From IMG/VR virus record IMGVR_UViG_3300028571_000009: a stretch of DNA of 64,000 nucleotides; one strand, 5' to 3'. The notes beneath the pieces were generated by a model. The model was not told the origin of the DNA. It saw nothing but the letters and a program-made list of their open reading frames with translations, and made no database searches. Positions within the stretch are counted from its first letter, which is position 1; each line of letters starts with the position of its first letter. Origin of the DNA: a virus. This document shows positions 1-9,801 of the stretch, one piece after another. A program made the position numbers and the translations under genes.

Positions 1-16
1 TCTTATATTATAGATA

Positions 17-490
17 ATGGCAACAAGAAAAAAGGTTAATCCGGACTTACCCAAAGTAATGTCCCTATTTGACCACCTAAGTAATCTTAAAGGTAAGAAA
101 ACTCCATGGGCTAAATTATCAGAATCTGACCGTAAGAGTTTCAGCTCGTATATGGTCAATAGATTTCTGAGTATGAATACTGACTATATTGACCTAGTTA
201 ACCAATTGCAAAAATACACAATCGGGTTTCTAGATAATCAGACGGTGTATCAATTATATTGTGATATCTTACCGGTTGATAGGTCGTTTTCTAAATACAT
301 AAAAGGTAGTAAGGAAGATAAATATGAGCCAGAACTTGTAGAACTGGTAAAAAGGAATTATCTTTCCAGTAAAGATGAAGCCGAAGAATATATCGACTTA
401 TTAATTCAAACGAACCATAAAGATGAACTCATTAAGATTCTTAAGAAATTTGGAAAGTCTGATAAGGAAATTAAAAAACTTATTCCATAA
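17..490 (+). CDS. Clamp-loader small subunit (T4 gp62-like)
   Basis: YMVNRFLSM..D.VN.LQ.Y pattern typical of gp62-like proteins. Confidence 0.65.
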   Translation: MATRKKVNPDLPKVMSLFDHLSNLKGKKTPWAKLSESDRKSFSSYMVNRFLSMNTDYIDLVNQLQKYTIGFLDNQTVYQLYCDILPVDRSFSKYIKGSKEDKYEPELVELVKRNYLSSKDEAEEYIDLLIQTNHKDELIKILKKFGKSDKEIKKLIP

Positions 491-493
491 AAA

Positions 494-910
494 ATGAAAA
501 CATTTGTAGTAGGAGATATACATGGTGCACATAAAGCACTTGTTCAATGTCTGGAACGTTCCGGCTTTGATAATGAAACCGACACGTTAATATCATTAGG
601 TGATATTGCGGATGGTTGGTCGGAGGTATACGAATGCGTTGAAGAATTGCTGAAAATCAAGAATCTAATTGCTATAAAAGGTAATCACGATGATTGGGCA
701 TTAGAGATGATGCAATTAGGTAGACATCCATCGCTAGAACAAGGTGGAAAAGCTACTAGAGATTCATATGAAAAACATTGGCGTGAAGGTGGACAATACC
801 ACCCAGAATCCCATTTGAATTTCTTTAAGTACCAGCATCTTTATTATATTGATGCCGCGAACCGATTATATGTACATGGTGGATTCAATAGGCATTTCTC
901 ATTACGATAA
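494..910 (+). pseudogene. Calcineurin-like metallophosphoesterase, apparently C-terminally truncated
   Basis: GDIHG, GDIADG, GNHDD and HGG motifs; stops 8 codons after HGG with no final GH motif. Confidence 0.6.
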
Positions 911-971
911 CAACATTAGTGTACGTAGCAAAACATGAATATCACATTAATAAATTAAAACAATAACAGTT

Positions 972-1196
972 ATGACAAAGCAACCAATGCACGTAACCGA
1001 AGGCAATTTCGGTGGTAAAATCGCAAACTTCAGCAATGCCGAGGAACGCGTTCAAGAACAGAAACACTTGAAGGCATATCTGGCCGGGTATGAGTACTAC
1101 AGAAATGGGTATAAGATGGTAGGCAATGAAAACCACAAAATCAAGGTAACAAACTGGTTACCGGTTTCTAGATTAGAAGTAGAAAATACTAAGTAA
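972..1196 (+). CDS. Hypothetical protein
   Basis: 74-aa ORF abutting the next gene. Confidence 0.55.
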   Translation: MTKQPMHVTEGNFGGKIANFSNAEERVQEQKHLKAYLAGYEYYRNGYKMVGNENHKIKVTNWLPVSRLEVENTK

Positions 1197-1197
1197 T

Positions 1198-1917
1198 ATG
1201 CTGATAGGAATTAATGGAAAAATAGGAAGTGGCAAGGACACCGTAGGAAGTATGATTCAGTACTTAACTTCTGAATGTTCAAATCCTAATGGTAAATATT
1301 TCCGAACATATCAACAATTCGTAGAGAACGGTAACCCGGGTAATAACGATTTTCAACACTGGTATGAGTCGGATTGGGAAATCAAGAAATTCGCTGAGAA
1401 GCTAAAACAAGTAGCGAGTTTACTGACGGGCATCCCACGATATAAGTTCGAAGACCAGGAATTCAAGAAGACCTACTTAGGACCTGATTGGAATATTTAC
1501 TTTCCTAATGAAGATAGACCAGAACAAATGTCTGTAAGAACTATGTTGCAGAAACTAGGTACCGAAGCACTTCGAGACGGTCTTCATACTAATACATGGG
1601 TAAATGCCTTATTCAGCGAATATACATGCTTAGATGACACTAATAGAGCGTCTATGGGCAATGTTATTGATTATAGCGATTGTGAGTTTCCTAAATGGAT
1701 AATCACCGATATGAGATTCCCTAATGAATTACAATCGGTAATTGACCGCGGCGGTATTACTATCAGAGTGACGAGACCGGGAACGGGTGTCGGTAACCAT
1801 CCATCAGAGACTGCATTAGATGCGTATACTATGAATTACGAGATTGTCAATGATGGTACATTAGATGATTTGCTAAATAAAGTACGAGCTATACTAGGTA
1901 ACTTGAATATTATTTAA
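1198..1917 (+). CDS. Deoxynucleoside monophosphate kinase (T4 gp1-like)
   Basis: GKIGSGKDT P-loop, R.MLQKLGTE, ITDMRFPNE, HPSE. Confidence 0.85.
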   Translation: MLIGINGKIGSGKDTVGSMIQYLTSECSNPNGKYFRTYQQFVENGNPGNNDFQHWYESDWEIKKFAEKLKQVASLLTGIPRYKFEDQEFKKTYLGPDWNIYFPNEDRPEQMSVRTMLQKLGTEALRDGLHTNTWVNALFSEYTCLDDTNRASMGNVIDYSDCEFPKWIITDMRFPNELQSVIDRGGITIRVTRPGTGVGNHPSETALDAYTMNYEIVNDGTLDDLLNKVRAILGNLNII

Positions 1918-1928
1918 TATATTTAAGA

Positions 1929-2891
1929 ATGTCTAAAAAGAACTTAGCAGACTTAGGGGTCTTACTGCGGGCAACAATTCCCGATAGAAAACCGACTGAT
2001 GCTACAATATCATACAGCCAATTTTCAATGTATCAACAATGTCAGCATCATTGGAAGCTACAGTATATTGATAAGATACGAATAGGCGGTCCGAACATGT
2101 CTCTAGTCTTCGGAACGGCTTTCCACGAAACACTACAAGTTTATCTATATACTCTTTATCATAAGTCGGCTAAAGAAGCTGACCAAATGAATCTCCCGGA
2201 GCTATTACAACAGCGAATGGCTGAGACATACGAGATAGAAGTCCACGCAAATAATAACGGTGAACACTTTTCCACTCCGCAAGAAATGGGTGAGTTCTAT
2301 GAAGACGGTATAGAAATATTAACATTCATTCGTAAGCATAGAGCTGATTACTTTAAGGTAATGGGCTGGGAATTACTTGGTGTCGAAATGCCAATATACA
2401 TTCAAGCAATTGAGAGTAATCCGAATGTTATAATGAATGGATTTATTGACCTAGTGCTTCGTGATACTGTGAATGACGAGATTTGGATATTTGATATTAA
2501 GACATCTCGTATGGGATGGAATAAGTATCAGAAGGCTGATAAGGGGAAGACCGCACAGCTGGTGCTATACAAAGAATATTTCGCAAAGCAATATGGTTAT
2601 AACATTGATAAAATCAATGTGAAGTACTTTATCGTAAAGCGAAAGACTCTTGCTGAAAGCATGTATCCACAAAAGAGAGTGCAAGAATTCGAACCATCAT
2701 CAGGTAAAGTAACTAGAAAGCAATTAGCCGTACAATTTGAGAAGTTCATTACGGAATGTTTTAATCCGGACGGTACTAAGAATACTAATAAGAAGTATGT
2801 TGCATTTACTAATAATGCAAAAAATTGTAAATGGTGCCCATTTGCAACCAAGTATGACCTTTGCCCGAAAGAAAATAGAATAAATAAGTAA
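1929..2891 (+). CDS. PD-(D/E)XK nuclease, Cas4/RecB-like
   Basis: SYSQ...C, FGTAFHE, GFIDLV, DIKTS, QLVLY, C-terminal CKWCPF...C. Confidence 0.8.
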   Translation: MSKKNLADLGVLLRATIPDRKPTDATISYSQFSMYQQCQHHWKLQYIDKIRIGGPNMSLVFGTAFHETLQVYLYTLYHKSAKEADQMNLPELLQQRMAETYEIEVHANNNGEHFSTPQEMGEFYEDGIEILTFIRKHRADYFKVMGWELLGVEMPIYIQAIESNPNVIMNGFIDLVLRDTVNDEIWIFDIKTSRMGWNKYQKADKGKTAQLVLYKEYFAKQYGYNIDKINVKYFIVKRKTLAESMYPQKRVQEFEPSSGKVTRKQLAVQFEKFITECFNPDGTKNTNKKYVAFTNNAKNCKWCPFATKYDLCPKENRINK

Positions 2892-2892
2892 T

Positions 2893-3390
2893 ATGGTTCA
2901 GGAAATTCCATTTAATAAACTCTTTAATGTATATGCCTGTAAAGGTATGCTTGAAGCTAGGCGCTCACAGAAATCTGACATTACTAAAGTAGCAATCATA
3001 GGTAGTAGAAACTATCAAAGCACCACTAAGATTCGGGATATGATATTCATGCTCAAGCAGAAATTTTCTGGTAAGGTTGAAATTATATCAGGGGGAGCGG
3101 CCAATGGTGCTGATAGATATGCTAGAAAATATGCATTAGAATTAGGCGTTGATTATGTAGAATTTAATCCGGCACACACTGTTAGGAATTTATATTCAGC
3201 AATGCCTGACGGGTATTATGGGCAGGAGTTTCACGTGTCACAATTATTTCACAGAAATGAATTGATTGCCATATATTGTGACCAAATGATAGCATTCAGA
3301 AGTGTAGGTAAATCGAATGGTACCGACCATGCCGTTAAAATGTCAGAAAAATATGGTAAACCGTTTGTAATCATAGGAGATAAGGTATAA
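2893..3390 (+). CDS. SLOG-family (YspA/DUF2493-like) protein
   Basis: AIIGSR, IISGGAANGAD, RN, S.GT.H motifs. Confidence 0.7.
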   Translation: MVQEIPFNKLFNVYACKGMLEARRSQKSDITKVAIIGSRNYQSTTKIRDMIFMLKQKFSGKVEIISGGAANGADRYARKYALELGVDYVEFNPAHTVRNLYSAMPDGYYGQEFHVSQLFHRNELIAIYCDQMIAFRSVGKSNGTDHAVKMSEKYGKPFVIIGDKV

Positions 3391-3677
3391 TGGAAATAAA
3401 TAAAACAATACACTCAGAGCTAGCTAAATTATTCTGGACGCCTGATTCTAGAATGCTATACCAGGATTATGTAAAGATGACTGATAATGATTTAGTTCGC
3501 TATGACCCACATTATCAGGATTGGTATAAGGACATGGTAGAAAATGATGGCGACGCTAGATATTACGATGTATTTTATATTGGTGATAAACATGAACCTA
3601 AAATATTATGGAAAGGTCACATAAATAGTGTAGACCAATTTAAAAGAGTTTGTGAACAAATTAAAGAATTACAATAA
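3390..3677 (+). CDS. Hypothetical protein
   Basis: Coupled ORF. Confidence 0.55.
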   Translation: MEINKTIHSELAKLFWTPDSRMLYQDYVKMTDNDLVRYDPHYQDWYKDMVENDGDARYYDVFYIGDKHEPKILWKGHINSVDQFKRVCEQIKELQ

Positions 3678-3868
3678 TGAAAGCATTTCTAATCTACGCA
3701 CTTAAATGGCAGCTCGGTATAGTTGTTGCCGTACCGTCAATGTATTTCTTTCATGATTATCTTGGTTGGAATAATATCTACACCACAATTGCTTTCCAAT
3801 GCATTGGCGCCTTGGTTTTTTGGAACGTGGATAAATGGATATTCACGAAGATAAATACAGCACAATAA
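3677..3868 (+). CDS. Small membrane protein
   Basis: Two hydrophobic segments. Confidence 0.5.
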   Translation: MKAFLIYALKWQLGIVVAVPSMYFFHDYLGWNNIYTTIAFQCIGALVFWNVDKWIFTKINTAQ

Positions 3869-3920
3869 ATTGGTATCTAAAATACTTTTCTTATATTTAT
3901 ATTAAATAAAGTTACGAACA

Positions 3921-5306
3921 ATGCAAACAAAGAAAAAGAAAATTCTCTTGCTCTCCGACGACCTTCGTCTTAATTCGGGGATAGGAGTAGTATCCCGAGA
4001 ATTAGTATTAGGTACATGTCACAAATTTGATTGGGTACAACTAGGTGCCGCGATTAAGCATCCTGAATCAGGTAATGCGGTCGATCTAAGTGAATCAATC
4101 CGAAAAGATTTCAATATCCCAGACGCATCAGTCAAAATATATCCATCCGACGGATATGGTAATTTAGATGTAATCAGAAATCTTATTAATATAGAACAAC
4201 CTGATTGTATCTTGCACTTCACCGACCCGAGATTCTGGACATGGTTATATGCTGGTGAACATGAATTGCGTCAATCATTACCCTTAGTATATTTGAACAT
4301 TTGGGACAATTGGCCCGCACCGATGTGGAATAAACCATATTACATGTCCTGTGATATGCTGATGGGTATTTCTAAACAAACTGTAGCAATGAATAAAGCC
4401 GTCCTTAAGGGTGAGGGATACATGGATTGGCAATTGCCGTACTTACCACACGGTATTAATGATAAAGTATATTTTCCGATACGTCAGGAAGATACTGAAG
4501 CATATGCTGAAATGCAAGCTCACCGGACAAAGATGGGGATTGCGGAAGATGACTTCGTAGTATTTTATAATGCTAGAAATATTAGACGTAAACATACTTC
4601 TGATGTTCTATTAGCATTTAAGGAGTTCGTTAATGTATTGCCAAAAGAAAAAGCGAATAAATGTGTGTTACTAATGCATACACAACCGCTTGATGAAAAT
4701 GGTACTGACTTATACGCTACACAAGCCGCATTACTTCCAGAATGTAGAATCATATATTCTAGTACCCAGGTACATCCTAAGGTATTAAATTATGCATACA
4801 ACATTGCAGATGTAACTATTAACCTAGCCTCTAATGAGGGGTTCGGTTTAGGTACGGCCGAATCAGTGATGGCCGGTACACCAATTATCGTAAATGTAAC
4901 CGGTGGATTGCAAGACCAATGTGGATTTAAGAAACATGATGGTTCATTTCTAACGGTAGATGATTACTCAGAAGAGTGGGGTAGTAATAATGATGCGAAG
5001 TATAAAGAATGCGGTGATTGGGCCTTCCCAGTATTTCCCGCAGTTCAAACTATGCAAGGTTCTATACCAACACCATACATATGGGACGATATAGCTTCAT
5101 ATAAAGATGCAGCTGCAAGGTTACTTGAAGTGTATGAGTTGGGATATGAAGAACGAAAAGGTCGTGGATTAGCCGGTCGCGAACATTTCCTTAAGGATGA
5201 AACAATGCTAAGTGCTGTCAATATGAGTAACGCATTTATCAAGTATATTGATACAGCATTAGAGCAATGGACACCAAGAGAAAGATTTACATTAGAATTA
5301 GTATAA
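3921..5306 (+). CDS. GT-B (GT4-like) glycosyltransferase
   Basis: N-terminal SG.G, RNIRRK, NEGFGLGTAES donor-binding motif. Confidence 0.85.
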   Translation: MQTKKKKILLLSDDLRLNSGIGVVSRELVLGTCHKFDWVQLGAAIKHPESGNAVDLSESIRKDFNIPDASVKIYPSDGYGNLDVIRNLINIEQPDCILHFTDPRFWTWLYAGEHELRQSLPLVYLNIWDNWPAPMWNKPYYMSCDMLMGISKQTVAMNKAVLKGEGYMDWQLPYLPHGINDKVYFPIRQEDTEAYAEMQAHRTKMGIAEDDFVVFYNARNIRRKHTSDVLLAFKEFVNVLPKEKANKCVLLMHTQPLDENGTDLYATQAALLPECRIIYSSTQVHPKVLNYAYNIADVTINLASNEGFGLGTAESVMAGTPIIVNVTGGLQDQCGFKKHDGSFLTVDDYSEEWGSNNDAKYKECGDWAFPVFPAVQTMQGSIPTPYIWDDIASYKDAAARLLEVYELGYEERKGRGLAGREHFLKDETMLSAVNMSNAFIKYIDTALEQWTPRERFTLELV

Positions 5307-5313
5307 TAAAGTT

Positions 5314-6648
5314 ATGGAAAATAAAGACAAACAACTATTAGTGATGGTTTCTCCCATTGCAGCTGTCTCAGGATACGGTTCACGTTCTAGAGATTTAGCC
5401 CGCGCGATTCTGGCACTGGATAAATATAATGTACAATTTATAAGCACCCGATGGGGTGGTACACCACTCAATGCATTGGTATCAGGTCAGGATGATGATA
5501 TCATATCTAGATTAGTGGCTAATGTAACTACACAGCCGGATATTTTTATTCAGGTATCAGTACCTAATGAATTCCAGGCAATTGGTAAATTTAATATCGG
5601 TGTAACAGCTGGTATCGAAACCACAATGTGCGCAGCCCCTTGGCTAGAAGGTCTGAATAAAATGGACCTGAATATAGTTCCGAGTCAACACTCGAAGCAT
5701 GTATTCGAGATTAGTAAGTATGATAAAGTGAATAATAACACCAAACAAAAGGAAGGTGAATTAGCTCTTATCAAACCCATTGAAGTTCTATTCGAGGGTG
5801 TGAATCTCAATGTATACAAAAAGACTGATGAGCTTAATAAGAGTATCTTAGAGCAAATGTCAGCCGTTAAGGAGCAGTTTGCATTTCTCTTCACGGGGCA
5901 TTATATGGTAGGTGATATGGGTGAAGATAGAAAGAATGTCGGTATGATGATTAAGTGCTTTTTAGAGGCATTTAAGAATGTAACCGTAGCCCCGGCATTA
6001 GTATTAAAAGTTAGCGGCGGAACATTCTCTCATATTGATAGATTAGAATTACTACGTAAGATTAACATGATTAAGAAATCTGTCAAAGCTACGCGACTTC
6101 CGAATGTGTATCTATTACATGGTGATTTAACTGAGTCAGAAATGAACTCATTAAACATGCATCCGAAGATTAAAGCCCATGTCACATTAACTAAGGGTGA
6201 AGGTTATGGTAGGCCGTTAGCAGAGTTTGCTATGACAGGAAAACCAATTGTAGCGACTAATTGGTCAGGACATATTGATTTCCTGAATAAGGATTATGTT
6301 ACATTGATTCCAGGTAAGTTAACGCCTGTACATAAGAGTGCGCAATGGGATAATGTTATCATCAAAGATTCGCAGTGGTTTACAGCTGACTATGGAGTAT
6401 TTGTTGCGACTCTCCGGGACATGTATAAGAATTATGACAGCTACTTAGAAAAGTCTAGAAAAATGACCAAGTATATGAAGGATAACTTCTCTTGGGACAT
6501 CATGAAAGATAAACTAGGTGAAATTCTCGGTAAGATTCCGGCGTTTCCTAAAGCAGCTCAACAAATACAATTACCACAATTGAAACGTGTCGGTGATATT
6601 CCGAAGATTAATTTACCAAAACTTAAAAAAGTAGAAAGTGCGGCTTAG
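5314..6648 (+). CDS. GT-B (GT4-like) glycosyltransferase
   Basis: SGYG, RKNVG, GEGYGRPLAEFAMTGKPIVAT. Confidence 0.85.
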   Translation: MENKDKQLLVMVSPIAAVSGYGSRSRDLARAILALDKYNVQFISTRWGGTPLNALVSGQDDDIISRLVANVTTQPDIFIQVSVPNEFQAIGKFNIGVTAGIETTMCAAPWLEGLNKMDLNIVPSQHSKHVFEISKYDKVNNNTKQKEGELALIKPIEVLFEGVNLNVYKKTDELNKSILEQMSAVKEQFAFLFTGHYMVGDMGEDRKNVGMMIKCFLEAFKNVTVAPALVLKVSGGTFSHIDRLELLRKINMIKKSVKATRLPNVYLLHGDLTESEMNSLNMHPKIKAHVTLTKGEGYGRPLAEFAMTGKPIVATNWSGHIDFLNKDYVTLIPGKLTPVHKSAQWDNVIIKDSQWFTADYGVFVATLRDMYKNYDSYLEKSRKMTKYMKDNFSWDIMKDKLGEILGKIPAFPKAAQQIQLPQLKRVGDIPKINLPKLKKVESAA

Positions 6649-7156
6649 TTACTCTATACTAACTCACAATGAGGGTGAGTCAATTGAAACTCTATTGAGT
6701 TTCTTAGTGGAGTTTAAAGATTCTGAGGATGAAATTGTCGTTGTAGATGATTACTCAGATGATGAATTAACTTTACAAATACTTAAGGATTATCAAAGTA
6801 ATAAACACATTAAGTTATTTCATCGCGCACTTAATAAAGATTTCGCTTCGCAAAAGAACTTCTTAATGAGCAAATGCACGGGCGACTATATTTTTAATAT
6901 AGATGCAGATGAGCAAGTATCGCCAGAATTTATCATTAACTTAAAAGATATTTTAGAACTAAATCCTGATATTGAGCTATACGCAGTGCCACGAATAAAT
7001 ATTGTTACTGGTATAAATGACGGACATATTAAAAAATGGGGATGGCATGTAACTTCTAATGAACGGTATATACAAACGGTAGAATTTGATTTAGATAATC
7101 CAATTGATTTAGCTCAATTTAACATGTTAACGAGTAATAATTTAATAATTAATTAA
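6638..7156 (+). CDS. GT2 glycosyltransferase, N-terminal part of split gene
   Basis: VVVDDYS, FASQKN, IDADE DxD motif, VPRIN; ends TAATAG before the HNH gene. Confidence 0.8.
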   Translation: MRLSYSILTHNEGESIETLLSFLVEFKDSEDEIVVVDDYSDDELTLQILKDYQSNKHIKLFHRALNKDFASQKNFLMSKCTGDYIFNIDADEQVSPEFIINLKDILELNPDIELYAVPRINIVTGINDGHIKKWGWHVTSNERYIQTVEFDLDNPIDLAQFNMLTSNNLIIN

Positions 7157-7207
7157 TAGCAACGGTCAGAGTCTATATTGAATTTATATTTCTATATTTA
7201 TACATGT

Positions 7208-7867
7208 ATGGAGATTGTATATTCTAGAAAATGCCCTAAATGTGATTCAACTATTTCGTATAAGGGCGGAAAACATGGCAAGTATGCATGCAGAAATGCA
7301 GCCGCGGCAGGTAAATTATGTAAAAAATGCATGATGCTCGGGAAGTCTCATAAAGAACGATGGGGCACGCAATATGATGTAATAACAGCTAAACGAAATA
7401 TAAGTTTACAAAATACCCCACATTGGTGGCAAGATAAAATAGTAGATGCCCGACATAAAAACGGAACATATGTTATTAGCGAACGACATAAAGATATCTT
7501 AAGAATTGTATCAAAATTTTGTAGCAGGGGAGCAGAACATATTCATATTAAGAAAATTCTTATTGAACAAAATATTACATGGGATGAATATAAATCAGCG
7601 TCGTCCGAATATATGAATTATTGTAGAGATGTTGCATATTGGACAAATAGGAGCGGATATACATTATTAGAACATCATGATAAACGTGGTAAAGCGGGAA
7701 CATTGGGAGCATATCAACTAGACCATATTATAGAGAAGTCTGTGGGGTTTATCAATAATATTCCCGCGGAAGTAATTGGCCATATATCAAATCTTCAGTA
7801 CATACCATGGGAAGAAAATCTAAAAAAACGAAGATACCCCGGAGGTATGAAAAATAAGAAACTATGA
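7208..7867 (+). mobile_element. Putative HNH homing endonuclease inserted in the GT2 gene
   Basis: N-terminal CxxC...CxxC; C-terminal LDHII...NLQYIPWEEN; ATATTTATA motif at 7194-7202. Confidence 0.7.
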
Positions 7868-8091
7868 GAAAAACTGTAACCTTTTACACGCCAATTATTA
7901 ACTTTCCGGACTATCAATATCGTTTAATGAAACGATTACCGGATATTAAATGGGCCGGGCATGTACATGAAAGGCCGAGTAGTAATTCTAGAAAACTCAG
8001 TGTCGGTGTGATACCAGATGAATTTGCATTAGAACATCATAAATCTATCTCGAGGCAAGAACAACAAAATAATTTTTACGATAGTATATGA
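7864..8091 (+). CDS. GT2 glycosyltransferase, C-terminal part of split gene
   Basis: NFPDYQ.R, KW.GHVHE and L.H.K...RQ..QN.FY motifs continue the upstream GT2; ATG overlaps the HNH stop. Confidence 0.75.
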   Translation: MRKTVTFYTPIINFPDYQYRLMKRLPDIKWAGHVHERPSSNSRKLSVGVIPDEFALEHHKSISRQEQQNNFYDSI

Positions 8092-8768
8092 AACCGGAAG
8101 AACAACAAATTCGAGAATATAACCTTTACATGACAGCATTTAAAGGGTTTGATATAAATCGTATAGATATTATAAATCATCTTATAACTAAGTTTGGTTA
8201 TACTGACTACTTAGAAATAGGTGTTCACGGTGGTCACTGTATTCGTAACATTTACGCGTTACGAAAGGATGGTGTCGACCCTGGGGCAGAAACTAGAATA
8301 CCGCCAGAAGTTAATTATCCAATGACATCCGACGCCTTCTTCGAACAAATATCTGCTGATAAAAAGTATGATATCATCTTTATCGATGGATTACATCATG
8401 ATACTCAGGTGTATAAAGATATTAAGAATGCAATGCTACACCTTAACGAAGGCGGAACAATTGTATGTCATGATATGAGCCCGAACTGGGAGATTAATCA
8501 ACGTAAGAGACCTGTTCCGGGCGTTGGGGCATGGAATGGCGATTGTTGGAAAGCATGGGTGAAACTTAGAACTGAATTAACTGACTGGTCTATGGAAGTG
8601 GTTAATACTGACCACGGGGTTGGTATCATTAGAGCTGGTCACAATAAACCGCTACCATTTTATGGTGATGCGTTTAATCTAGATTTTGATTATTTAGATG
8701 ATAACCGAAAGGAGGCATTAAATCTAATATCAGTAGAAGACTTCTTCAACAAATACAGCAATGATTAA
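8088..8768 (+). CDS. Class I SAM-dependent methyltransferase (Methyltransf_24-like)
   Basis: YLEIGV, DIIFIDGLH, IVCHD. Confidence 0.8.
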   Translation: MKPEEQQIREYNLYMTAFKGFDINRIDIINHLITKFGYTDYLEIGVHGGHCIRNIYALRKDGVDPGAETRIPPEVNYPMTSDAFFEQISADKKYDIIFIDGLHHDTQVYKDIKNAMLHLNEGGTIVCHDMSPNWEINQRKRPVPGVGAWNGDCWKAWVKLRTELTDWSMEVVNTDHGVGIIRAGHNKPLPFYGDAFNLDFDYLDDNRKEALNLISVEDFFNKYSND

Positions 8769-9801
8769 AATTAAGCTTTATGAGTTAGATAAGCATCGGA
8801 ACGAATGTACGTTCCGGCCTTACTTATACGCCGCAGAGTCCTTACGGGAAGTTGGTATTGAATTCACAGAAGGGGATTCATATGATTATGCATGGGTCGC
8901 TCAAGCGTCTTTCATGAATAAGAAAGTATCATTAGAACAATCAGTAGATGATGGTTTAGAATTTCTATCCAAAATTACTGGCGATTATATGTTAATCGAT
9001 GGACAGGATTCAACATCGTTAATGGGTTCATATGAAGTATTTACCCAATCTGATGCATTACTACTGTTGAAAAATAGTTTACTTAGGGACCGGACACTTT
9101 ATAAGACCGGATGGAACCTAGGAAGAAATTATTGGGGCATAGGCGATTACAAATTACCAGACTTCGATAAATATTCAGACCAAATAGTGCTGTCAGGTAC
9201 TAACTGGTTACTTACACATTGGGCTGGTACTAATGGAACGCCGTGGTCTGAGATTAAACGTCATAGACCGTATGATGTTTCTGCTATGTTTCAATATCCT
9301 AGTTTATCTGAGTCATATGAGCACGGTCAACTACAGAATGTATTCTATGATAACTTTAGAAAGCCTAGCATTGATATCATAAATCAATTACCGTATAAAG
9401 TAGCTAAACTCGAAGCGGGTGTTAGAGTTTCACAACAGGAATATTACAATAGAATGTATAATTCAAAAATAATATTTGCTCCGTATGGGTATGGTGAAAT
9501 GGCTCCACGTGATTTGGAAGCAGCTTATTTCGGAGCAGTACTGATTAAGCCTGATATGAGTCATATTCAGACATTACCAGATATATTTACCGATGAAACA
9601 TATGTCGCGTGTAAACACGATTTCAGCGACCTGCGAGAAAAAATAGATATGATTCTTGGTGATTACGATAAGTATACTTATATTGTGGAAAGAGCTAGGC
9701 AACGTATTCATACAGCAATGGACCCGGACATGGTGGCTTGGACTATTTATAAGTTATTTAAACAATTACCGAATGTTACCGAAGTTAGCACTAATAGTTG
9801 A
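8761..9801 (+). CDS. GT-B glycosyltransferase (CgeB-like C-terminus)
   Basis: SK..FAPYGYGE..PRDLEA..FG.VLIKPD. Confidence 0.65.
   Translation: MIKIKLYELDKHRNECTFRPYLYAAESLREVGIEFTEGDSYDYAWVAQASFMNKKVSLEQSVDDGLEFLSKITGDYMLIDGQDSTSLMGSYEVFTQSDALLLLKNSLLRDRTLYKTGWNLGRNYWGIGDYKLPDFDKYSDQIVLSGTNWLLTHWAGTNGTPWSEIKRHRPYDVSAMFQYPSLSESYEHGQLQNVFYDNFRKPSIDIINQLPYKVAKLEAGVRVSQQEYYNRMYNSKIIFAPYGYGEMAPRDLEAAYFGAVLIKPDMSHIQTLPDIFTDETYVACKHDFSDLREKIDMILGDYDKYTYIVERARQRIHTAMDPDMVAWTIYKLFKQLPNVTEVSTNS

Noticed and set aside
7154-7866. Intact self-splicing group I intron
   Set aside because: No room for P1-P6 and the S element lacks UAGUC; kept only as a decayed-intron hypothesis
9656-9772. Extended N-terminus of the 9656 ORF
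   Set aside because: It overlaps the upstream GT by 146 nt; ATG 9773 gives a normal short overlap
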